From NCBI GenBank assembly GCA_963745835.1, contig CAVUZH010000019.1, positions 416,001 through 480,000 on the forward strand: 64,000 bases of DNA, given 5' to 3'. Source of the DNA: an uncultured delta proteobacterium (GTDB taxonomy: Bacteria > Desulfobacterota > Binatia > UBA9968). Of this stretch, positions 9,841 to 18,189 are shown piece by piece. A program made the position numbers and the translations under genes. Under the pieces are notes generated by a model, which was given only the letters and a program-made list of their open reading frames with translations, made no database searches and was not told the DNA's origin. Position 1 is the stretch's first letter. Every line of letters starts with the position of its first letter.

Positions 9841-12243
9841 ATGAAGCTGCGTGATTTGCCCGTGTTGAAAAGCTTTGGCGTGCGTCGCCGGCGCGAACGG
9901 CTGCTGCGCGATTATTTCTTGATTTCCGTGCTGCTGATCGGCGGCGGCTTGATCACCAGCGGCCTGGTCGAGATCTATTTTCGATATCAGGAGAGCCAAG
10001 AGCAGCTCGCTCTGCTGCAGAAGGAAATTGCCGCCGGCGCCGCCTTCAAGATCGAACAGTTCGTTCAGGAGATTCATAACATCTTGAAAGGAGCCACCAA
10101 GAGCCGCGATATCGCGCCGAAAGGTTTGACGCCGGAGTTTCGGTTTGAATTAGAGAAACTCTTGATCATTGCGCCGGCGGTAACTGAGGCGCTTGCGGTC
10201 GACGAAAACGGTACTATCCAAGTGCAAGCATCGCGATTGCGCACGGTTTTACCGGACGCCAAGAAAGACCTCTCCACCTCGCCGTCCTTCCGTCAAGCAA
10301 GGCAGGGCAAATCCTATTTCGGCCAGGTTTATTTCGTTCGCGGATCAGAACCCTATATGACCATCGCCGTGCCCATCGAGCGGTTTGCCGGCGACGTCAT
10401 CGGCGTGCTTCAGGCCGAAGTCAATTTGAAATACATCGGCGACGTTGTTTCCAACATCCGCGTGGGCAAAGCCGGCCACGCTTATACGATCAGTCGAGCC
10501 GGCGAATTAATCGCCCATCCGGATATCAGCCTCGTGCTGCAGCGCCGCAATGTGCTCCACCTGGAACAGGCCAGAGCCGCGTTTCGACCAAACACGCCCG
10601 GTGTCGCGGCGTCCAATGCAATTGTCGCCGCGGATCTGCAAGGCAAAGATGTGCTCAGCTCGTTCGCCTTGATCCCAACTCTCGACTGGGCGGTGGTGCT
10701 CGAGCGGCCGGTCGAGGAGGCCTACGAAGCGCTATATGCTTCGATGATTCGAACCTCGACGCTTTTCATGATCGGTCTCGGCATGGCTCTCATCGCCAGC
10801 CTGTTCTTAGCGCGTCGTGTTATTCGACCGGTGAGAATCCTGCGCCAAGGTGTCGAACGAATCGGCAGCGGCGATCTGGCATATCGGCTCAATCTTAAAA
10901 CCGGCGATGAGATGGAAATATTTGCCGACGAGTTCAACAAGATGACATCTCAGCTGCAAGAGTCCTATGCCAATTTGGAGCAAAAAGTCGAAGCGCGCAC
11001 CAAGGAGCTCACCGAATCGTTGGAGCAACAGACGGCAACGAGCCAGGTTCTGGGCGTTATCAGCAGTTCGCCGAGAGACCTGCAACCGGTATTTGAAACC
11101 ATGCTCGCCAACGCCACACGTTTGGGCAGTTCCGACTACGGCGCGATTTTTAGATTTGATGGAAAGGTCTTCAGCCTAGTTACGGCTCAATATGTTTCGC
11201 CGCATATGACCGTATTGGCTGATCGAACATTTCCGCCGGACCCGACGACCGCAGTCGGCCGCCTTGGGCTGGAGAAGAAGATCGTGCACATTCCTGATGT
11301 TACAGCGGATCCTAAATGGAACCCTCCGGAAGAATACCGCAAGGAGGGCATACGGAGCGTTCTCGCGGTGCCCATGCTCAAGGAAAATAATCTGGTCGGC
11401 GCGATTGTTGTTTACCGCAGAGAAATTCAACCATTCACGGAAAGTCAAATTGCCCTGCTCAAGACTTTCGCCGATCAGGCCGTCATTGCCATCGAGAATG
11501 TTCGTCTCTTTAAAGAGCTCGAAGAAAAGAATGAACAGCTCGAAGCCGCCAACCGGCATAAGTCTCAGTTCCTGGCGAACGTCAGCCATGAGCTGCGCAC
11601 ACCGCTGAACTCGATCATCGGCTTTACCCGGCTCGTGCTGCGAAAGATCGAGGGACAGATCGAAAAGCTGCAGAAAGAAAATCTGCAGAAAGTGCTGGTC
11701 AGCGCGGAACACCTGCTCAAATTGATCAACGGTCTTTTGGATTTGGCCAAGATCGAAGCCGGCCGCATGGAAGTGTATGCCGAAACATTCAAGATCGATG
11801 ACGTAGTCCGGATTGCAACGGCAACGGTCGAGCCGATGCTCAGAAATGGCAACGTGCGCCTCGTTACTGAGATGTCTCCCGAGCTTCCGGCGATCAAAAC
11901 AGACCGAGATAAACTGAAACAAGTCATTCTCAATCTCTTGAGCAACTCGGCTAAATTCACCGAAGCAGGAGAAATCAAAGTAGCCGCGTGGTCGGAGAAC
12001 GGTTCGCTGAAGCTGGCTATTTCCGACACCGGAATCGGCATGAACAAAGACGCCTTGCATTATATCTTCGATGAATTCCGCCAAGTGGACATGTCGACGA
12101 CTAGAAAATACGGCGGAACCGGACTCGGGTTGGCTATCGTCAAACGACTCATTGATTTGCTCGGCGGCGAAATCGGCGTCGAGAGCGAAGTAGGCAAGGG
12201 TTCAAAGTTTACCATCACCCTGCCGCTCAGCCAGAACAACTGA
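9841..12243 (+). CDS. Membrane sensor histidine kinase (TM-dCache-TM-HAMP-GAF-HisKA-HATPase)
   Basis: Two TM helices; Cache-like YFGQVYF..PYMTIAVPI; GAF (AVPML..LVGAI..F.DQAVIAIENVRL); H-box FLANVSHELRTPLNSIIGF; N, G1, F, G2 boxes (GGTGLGL). Confidence 0.95.
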   Translation: MKLRDLPVLKSFGVRRRRERLLRDYFLISVLLIGGGLITSGLVEIYFRYQESQEQLALLQKEIAAGAAFKIEQFVQEIHNILKGATKSRDIAPKGLTPEFRFELEKLLIIAPAVTEALAVDENGTIQVQASRLRTVLPDAKKDLSTSPSFRQARQGKSYFGQVYFVRGSEPYMTIAVPIERFAGDVIGVLQAEVNLKYIGDVVSNIRVGKAGHAYTISRAGELIAHPDISLVLQRRNVLHLEQARAAFRPNTPGVAASNAIVAADLQGKDVLSSFALIPTLDWAVVLERPVEEAYEALYASMIRTSTLFMIGLGMALIASLFLARRVIRPVRILRQGVERIGSGDLAYRLNLKTGDEMEIFADEFNKMTSQLQESYANLEQKVEARTKELTESLEQQTATSQVLGVISSSPRDLQPVFETMLANATRLGSSDYGAIFRFDGKVFSLVTAQYVSPHMTVLADRTFPPDPTTAVGRLGLEKKIVHIPDVTADPKWNPPEEYRKEGIRSVLAVPMLKENNLVGAIVVYRREIQPFTESQIALLKTFADQAVIAIENVRLFKELEEKNEQLEAANRHKSQFLANVSHELRTPLNSIIGFTRLVLRKIEGQIEKLQKENLQKVLVSAEHLLKLINGLLDLAKIEAGRMEVYAETFKIDDVVRIATATVEPMLRNGNVRLVTEMSPELPAIKTDRDKLKQVILNLLSNSAKFTEAGEIKVAAWSENGSLKLAISDTGIGMNKDALHYIFDEFRQVDMSTTRKYGGTGLGLAIVKRLIDLLGGEIGVESEVGKGSKFTITLPLSQNN

Positions 12244-12350
12244 ACAGCTTCGAGCTTTCGATTGGGAGCCGCAGGGAACAACAACCCCATCGCGAGCTGG
12301 TATGGAAGAATTCACCGCAGTCTAAATTCAGCTCTGCCAGCGAGGATCCT

Positions 12351-12719
12351 ATGGGAAAAAAGAAAAAAATACTTGTAGTCGATGACACTGAATTCAATCG
12401 CGATTTAGTGGTGCAACTGCTTGAAGACGAGTTTGAATTGATTATCGCCGAGGACGGCGCCCAAGGCCTCAAACAAACGCAATCCGAAAGGCCGGACCTC
12501 ATCTTGATGGATCTCGGCATGCCGATCATGGATGGCTGGGAAGCGACGCGCAAAATAAAAGCTAACGATGAGCTAAAGCATATTCCGATTATTGCCGTAA
12601 CATCCCATGCCATGGCGGGCGACGAAGTCGAGGCGCGCAAGGCCGGCTGCGATGATTATCTGCCGAAGCCTATCGATGAAGACGAATTGTTGAAAAAGAT
12701 CAGAAAATTTCTCGATTGA
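12351..12719 (+). CDS. Single-domain response regulator (DivK-like)
   Basis: VVDD, LILMD.GMP.MDGWEATRKIK, IPIIAVTSHAM.GD, KP. Confidence 0.9.
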   Translation: MGKKKKILVVDDTEFNRDLVVQLLEDEFELIIAEDGAQGLKQTQSERPDLILMDLGMPIMDGWEATRKIKANDELKHIPIIAVTSHAMAGDEVEARKAGCDDYLPKPIDEDELLKKIRKFLD

Positions 12720-12784
12720 TGCCTGAGTTGAGCCGAGCAGAAGCAACTCCCGATTAAATCGAAAACTGTAGAAGCGATACGCTC

Positions 12785-13873
12785 ATGACCAACAAAATTC
12801 TGATCGTCGACGACGAGCCATTCAATCTTGATCTGCTCGAGCAAGAGTTACAGGAGCAAGGTTACGAGATCGAAAGAGCCAGCGACGGCGCTGAGGCGCT
12901 CGAAAAACTGCCGGCCTTTGTACCGGATGTCGTGCTCCTCGATTACATGATGCCGAGGATGAACGGGCTGGAGGTTCTGAAGCGGCTTCGAGCCGACGAG
13001 AAATGGCGCAGTCTTCCGGTGATACTTCTCACGGCGAAGGCGGCGCAGGAAGATAAGATCACCGGTCTCGACGCCGGCGCCGACGATTACGTCATCAAGC
13101 CGTTCGATGCATTCGAGCTGTTGGCCAGAGTCCGTTCGATGCTGCGTATAAAAGAGCTGCACGATTCTTTGGAGGACCTGAACAAGACACTGGCTCAAAA
13201 AGTCGAACAACAGGTTGGCGAGATTGAGCGCATGAAGCGCCTGAAGCGATACTTTTCGCCGCAAATCGCCGATACTTTGATCGAGAGCAATGATGAGAGT
13301 TTGTTCAAAACCCACCGGCGCGAAATCACGGTGGTGTTCCTTGACCTGCGCGGCTTTACCGCGTTCTCCGATAGCGCCGAACCGGAAGAGGTGATGGAAT
13401 TGCTGCGAACCTATCACGCCGCAATGGGCAAGCTGGTTTTTAAATACGAAGGCACCCTCGAGCGCTTCGCCGGCGATGGCATCATGATCTTCTTCAATGA
13501 CCCGATAGTGTGCGACGATCATACCGAGCGGGCGATTCGTATGGCCCTCGAGATGCGTAGCCGAAGCACAGAGCTTCGCAGTGGCTGGATGAAGAAAGGT
13601 TACGATCTAGATTTGGGCATCGGCCTGGCCGCCAGCTATGCAACCTTGGGAAACATCGGCTTCGAGGGCCGCATGGATTACGGCGCGGTGGGTAACGTCA
13701 CCAATCTTGCGGCGCGCCTTTGCGACGAGGCCAAGGGCGGGCAGATCCTGACCAATCAGAGAACCTTGAGCAAAGTCGAAGACCTGGTCGAATTCGAAAC
13801 TTGCGAAGAGTTGCATCTCAAGGGCTTTAGCCGGGCCGTCGCTGCTTTCAATATAGTTAAGCTCAAATCGTGA
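12785..13873 (+). CDS. Receiver domain fused to class III nucleotidyl (adenylate/guanylate) cyclase
   Basis: N-terminal REC; VVFLDLRGFT, FAGDGIM, GNVTNLAARL catalytic motifs. Confidence 0.92.
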   Translation: MTNKILIVDDEPFNLDLLEQELQEQGYEIERASDGAEALEKLPAFVPDVVLLDYMMPRMNGLEVLKRLRADEKWRSLPVILLTAKAAQEDKITGLDAGADDYVIKPFDAFELLARVRSMLRIKELHDSLEDLNKTLAQKVEQQVGEIERMKRLKRYFSPQIADTLIESNDESLFKTHRREITVVFLDLRGFTAFSDSAEPEEVMELLRTYHAAMGKLVFKYEGTLERFAGDGIMIFFNDPIVCDDHTERAIRMALEMRSRSTELRSGWMKKGYDLDLGIGLAASYATLGNIGFEGRMDYGAVGNVTNLAARLCDEAKGGQILTNQRTLSKVEDLVEFETCEELHLKGFSRAVAAFNIVKLKS

Positions 13874-13949
13874 ACGACCAATACCAATCGAGCTCAGCGT
13901 GGAGACTCACTTTAAAAATATCCTTCCGTCCGCTTTCCGTAGCGAGAAC

Positions 13950-13979
13950 TTGACGTTCTTCCCAGCCCGACCCTACAAT
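13950..13979 (+). promoter_or_regulatory. Putative sigma70 promoter of the sigma54-activator gene
   Basis: TTGACG-N18-TACAAT 20 bp upstream of ATG 14000. Confidence 0.5.
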
Positions 13980-13999
13980 CCAGCCGTCCGATATCCGCA

Positions 14000-15347
14000 A
14001 TGGCACATAGAATTTTACTCGTCGATGACGAGCCCTTTAACTTAGACCTGCTGGAGCAAGAGTTAGCGGATCAGGGCCATTCGATTGCAACCTGCGCCAG
14101 TGGCGAGGAGGCTCTGGAGAAGTTGCCCGGATTTCAACCCGATTTGATTCTGCTCGACTACATGATGCCCGGGATGAATGGTCTGGAAGTGCTAAAAGAA
14201 ATCCGGCGAAAAGGTCTCGACACTCCGGTGGTCATCATCACCGCCCATGGTACCATCGAGCGGGCGGTAGAGACGATGAAGGAGGGCGCCGAAGATTTTC
14301 TTACCAAGCCGTTCGATCCTGATCATCTCGCTATCGTAGTCAAGAAAGGCGCTGGAGCGGACCCGGCTTCGTGAAGAAGTAGAAATTCTTTCCGAACAGC
14401 TCGACGCTCGCTTTAAGATGGTTCAGGGCAAAAGCCTGTCGATGGCGCGGGCGGTCAGTGAGGCCCAAAAAGCCGCGGTCAGCAAGTCCACGGTTCTGCT
14501 GCTCGGCGAGAGCGGCACCGGCAAGGAAATTTTTGCCAGAGCAATCCACAATTGGAGTCAAAGAAAATCAGCGCCGTTTATACCGATCAATTGCGTAGGC
14601 CTTTCCAAAGATCTTTTGGAAAGCGAGCTGTTCGGTCATGAGAAAGGCGCATTTACCGGCGCGCACCAGTTAAAGAAAGGAAGAGTCGAGCTAGCCGACG
14701 GTGGAACGATTTTTCTTGACGAGGTTGGCGATATCTCCCCGGAGCTTCAAGCCAAGCTTCTGAGGTTTTTACAAGAGCGCGAGTTCGAGCGCGTCGGCGG
14801 AACACACCAGATCAGCGTGGATGTGAGAATCGTTGCGGCAACCAACCGCAATATCGACAAAGCGGTGAGCGATGGCACGTTTCGTGAGGATCTCTATCAT
14901 CGGCTAAACGTCATTCCGATCATCCTCACCCCGCTTCGGGAACGCCGTGAAGACATCTCCGAGCTGGCAGCCCATTTCTTACAGCGATTTTCTATTGAAA
15001 CCAAGAAGCTATTTTCGGGAATCAACGCCGATGCGGACGCAACTCTCATGGCCTACGGTTGGCCCGGGAATGTGCGCGAGTTAGCTAATGTAATCGAGCG
15101 CGCAGTAGTTCTCGGAGACGGTCCCCTTCTGACCATTGACCTGCTGCCGGCGCGCATCGCCGGTCTAAAGCCAACCTATACAACTGCCGAAGCTAAATCC
15201 TATCACGATACAATCAATCATCACCGGCGCGATCTGATCCTGAAGGCGCTGTCTGAGGCCGGTGGCAATCGCGCAGCCGCTGCCAAGGCTCTCGGATTGC
15301 ACAGAACTCATCTACTGAAGCTGATCAAAGCTTTACAGCTCGGCTAG
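14000..15347 (+). CDS. Sigma54-dependent response regulator (REC-AAA+-HTH, NtrC family); one frameshift ~14348
   Basis: Removing one G in aagaaaggcgctg joins REC to [35 protein letters not shown] and a Fis-type HTH. Confidence 0.9.
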
Positions 15348-15699
15348 AGCTTTTTCATTGGCTGAACCGTTCAACTGTCTCTCAGTGTAAAGTTTGGCTG
15401 TATAGCATTCCTGGCTGTGTGCGAAGATCATCCAAGTGATCCGGGGCCATGGCGATTTCCCTGACATTTGGACTGATCTAAGTTTCTAATTCCGCACAGC
15501 GGGTTGGCTGCTCAGTGAGAAAGTGTGCCAAACTTACTGCCTTTTAAAGCGGCAAGTCACATGCGGAGAGCTGAATAAAACATTCTGTTCGTTTCTCAAA
15601 AGAAATAATCTAAGGTGTTCAATTGATATTCAGAAGCGATTTTGTTTTGCCGTGAAATTAAAAAATTCAAAAAATGTTTTCTAAAATGGTATTTTTTTC

Positions 15700-15729
15700 T
15701 TGACATACAACTTATAGCGCCTTTATAAT
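15700..15729 (+). promoter_or_regulatory. Consensus sigma70 promoter with upstream A/T tracts (UP-element-like)
   Basis: TTGACA (15700-05)-N18-TATAAT (15724-29); A/T runs at 15655-15699. Confidence 0.85.
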
Positions 15730-15839
15730 CCGGTCAGCTACAAAATATGGGAGGGTTTTTGTTCTACTTCTCTTCGCCTGAGTCACGCTTTAACTCCCCT
15801 CGATACAGCCCGCCCGCCGAATCCTAAAAGGAGGTGCCT

Positions 15840-15893
15840 ATGGCAACTAAGAAAAAAGCGGCAAAGAAAAAAGCCAAGAAGAAAAAGAAGTAA
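15840..15893 (+). CDS. 17-aa lysine-rich micro-protein MATKKKAAKKKAKKKKK
   Basis: AAGGAGGT SD just upstream of ATG; own promoter and terminator; below the ORF-track length cut-off. Confidence 0.7.
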   Translation: MATKKKAAKKKAKKKKK

Positions 15894-15972
15894 CTGTTTT
15901 TTTGATGTGGGGTTGTGGTGGATAAACCCTCCTAGACTCTCAGGCGGCTAGATAGTCGTTCTGGCTATCTCG

Positions 15973-16012
15973 AAAACAGGCCCTCCGGTGATCGCCGGGG
16001 GGCTTTGTTTTT
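15973..16012 (+). terminator. Intrinsic terminator
   Basis: GCCCTCCGGT-GATC-GCCGGGGGGC stem followed by TTTGTTTTT. Confidence 0.8.
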
Positions 16013-16191
16013 GTTGTATCTCAACCGAATCTCTCCATTCAGAACCAGCCTAGCTGCACCGCATCGATCACTGATCGCGATCATACACCCTAGATATACG
16101 ATGGACGCGCCCGATGGCGCATGCGGAGAACCAGGTTAGGCAGGCAACACAATTCCGGACATTGCGTCGATTCAGCCAGTTCGCTACAGTC

Positions 16192-16761
16192 ATGGCTATG
16201 AATTATCCGTTTCCTAAGCGATCGCTTTTGTTGCTGCTAATCATACCGGCGCTCCTTTCGACGGCTTCAAGCTATGCTTGGGCGCAGAGCAAGATCAATT
16301 ACAAGGTCATTCCGAATTTGGAGGCGATGAAGGATCAAGCGCCGACGCCGGATTTCACTTTGCCGAATCTCGATAGCAAGAAAATCTCGTTGAAAGATTT
16401 TCGCGGCAAATTGGTTTTTTTGAATTTCTGGGCGACATGGTGCGTCCCATGTCGCGAAGAAATGCCGGCCATGGAAAAGCTTTACCAGGAATTTAAAGAA
16501 AAGAACTTCGTGGTTCTGGCAGTCAATGTCAAAGATCGCAAGCAGGACGCAGCAAATTTTGCCAAGGAACTAAAGCTCTCCTATCCTATTGTCATCGATC
16601 CGGATGCTCAGGTAGGACTACTCTACGGCGCCTGGGGATTGCCGACGACCTATTTGATTGGGCCCAAAGGCGAAGGAGTGGCGCGCGCATGGGGACCGGC
16701 GGAATGGTATAGCCCCGCAGCCCGTAACCTCATCAAAGATCTCCTCGATGGAAAAAGATGA
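16192..16761 (+). CDS. TlpA/ResA-family thiol-disulfide oxidoreductase
   Basis: FLNFWATWCVPCREEMP, LPTTYLI; N-terminal signal/anchor; start uncertain (16114-16198). Confidence 0.88.
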   Translation: MAMNYPFPKRSLLLLLIIPALLSTASSYAWAQSKINYKVIPNLEAMKDQAPTPDFTLPNLDSKKISLKDFRGKLVFLNFWATWCVPCREEMPAMEKLYQEFKEKNFVVLAVNVKDRKQDAANFAKELKLSYPIVIDPDAQVGLLYGAWGLPTTYLIGPKGEGVARAWGPAEWYSPAARNLIKDLLDGKR

Positions 16762-17495
16762 GCGATGTTAACGTTTTTGTCGCCTTTGCCGCTGGTATTT
16801 TTTCGTTCCTCTCGCCTTGCGTTCTACCGCTGATTCCGTCGTACCTGTCGTTCATATCCGGCGTATCTCTCGAAGATATGCGCCATGATCAAACACTCAA
16901 ACGAGTCCGCGCGCGCGTCGTGCTCAATTCCGTCGCTTTCATCGCCGGTTTCTCTTTGGTGTTTATTTCCCTGGGCGTATCCGCCAGTTTTCTTGGCAGC
17001 CTGTTTTTCGGCTATCGCAATAGTATTCGAATCGTCGGTGGTCTCTTCATTCTACTGGTCGGACTGTATCTGATCGGTCTTATCAAGATCCCGGCGCTCG
17101 AACGGTATCTACAATTCAATTTACGGGATAAGCCGGCCGGTTACTTAGGTTCTGTCTTGGTCGGCATCACCTTCGCGGTGGCGTGGACGCCCTGCGTCGG
17201 GCCGATTCTCGGCGCCATTCTCGCTTTAGCCGGAACTTCGGGAGAAGTCGGCCGCGGCACTCTACTGCTCTCGACCTATGCCGCGGGCCTTGGTCTGCCT
17301 TTTTTTATGAGCGCGGTGGCCATCAATTCATTTATGCGATTCTCACAATCATTTCGTCGCTATATCCGAGCATTTCATATTGCGGGAGGAATTTTGCTGG
17401 TGATTGTCGGCCTGCTCTTGATAACCGACTACATGACGATGCTGAACATTTATGCGTTGCGTTTCACCCCTGACTGGTTGCTCAAAAGACTTTAG
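16758..17495 (+). CDS. ccdA: Cytochrome c biogenesis disulfide transporter CcdA
   Basis: FLSPCVLPLIP and WTPCVGPILG motifs; about six TM helices. Confidence 0.9.
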   Translation: MSDVNVFVAFAAGIFSFLSPCVLPLIPSYLSFISGVSLEDMRHDQTLKRVRARVVLNSVAFIAGFSLVFISLGVSASFLGSLFFGYRNSIRIVGGLFILLVGLYLIGLIKIPALERYLQFNLRDKPAGYLGSVLVGITFAVAWTPCVGPILGAILALAGTSGEVGRGTLLLSTYAAGLGLPFFMSAVAINSFMRFSQSFRRYIRAFHIAGGILLVIVGLLLITDYMTMLNIYALRFTPDWLLKRL

Positions 17496-17630
17496 CCGCT
17501 GCTCCTTAGAGCTTACCAATATTTGACCTGCTTGTGGCTAAATGTTAGCTTTTTGCGATCATCAAATTGCTTTTCAATCGTCAACCTCGCCAAGCGCCTT
17601 AAGCCGGAAAACATGGAGACTGACAACAGC

Positions 17631-18179
17631 ATGGAAGAGCAGATTCGATTCATTTTGAAGTCCCTGGGCGAAGATCCGGAGCGTGAAGGGCTGGTCAAAA
17701 CACCACAGCGCGTTGCTCAAGCGCTAACTTTCCTGACCAGAGGTTACGACATGGATCCGGCAAAGGTCATCAACGATGCCCTCTTCACCGAAGACTACCA
17801 AGAGATGATCGTTCAGAAAGATATCGACTTCTTTTCTCTTTGCGAACATCACATGTTGCCGTTTTTCGGCAAAGCACACGTAGCGTACATCCCGCATCAC
17901 AAGATCGTCGGCATCTCCAAACTGGCGCGTTTGGTCGACGTCTATGCGCGCCGCCTGCAAGTTCAGGAACGAATGACCAATCAGATAGCGACGATCATCA
18001 TGGAAAAGCTCGATCCATTGGGAGTCGCAGTAGTGATAGAAGCCGAACATCTATGCATGAGAATGCGTGGCGTGGAAAAGCAAAATTCGATGGTGATCAC
18101 CAGTACGTTGCTTGGCGCTTTTCAAAATCGGCAAGAAACTCGAAACGAGTTTATGACGCTGATTCGGCAACGAGGTTAA
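17631..18179 (+). CDS. folE: GTP cyclohydrolase I
   Basis: [41 protein letters not shown]. Confidence 0.96.
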   Translation: MEEQIRFILKSLGEDPEREGLVKTPQRVAQALTFLTRGYDMDPAKVINDALFTEDYQEMIVQKDIDFFSLCEHHMLPFFGKAHVAYIPHHKIVGISKLARLVDVYARRLQVQERMTNQIATIIMEKLDPLGVAVVIEAEHLCMRMRGVEKQNSMVITSTLLGAFQNRQETRNEFMTLIRQRG

Positions 18180-18189
18180 CCGAAGCTCT

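Noticed and set aside
15514-15531. Minus-strand TGGCAC as a sigma54 promoter
   Set aside because: The -12 position reads CTCAC, not TTGC, and it would point antisense into the activator gene.
15840-15893. Lysine attenuator leader peptide
   Set aside because: Downstream genes (tlpA-like, ccdA, folE) are unrelated to lysine and I found no clear antiterminator. Not fully excluded.
15736-16012. tmRNA, 6S, SRP or RNase P RNA
   Set aside because: No tRNA-like ends or T-loop, and I found no SRP or RNase P signature; the ORF has its own SD and ATG.
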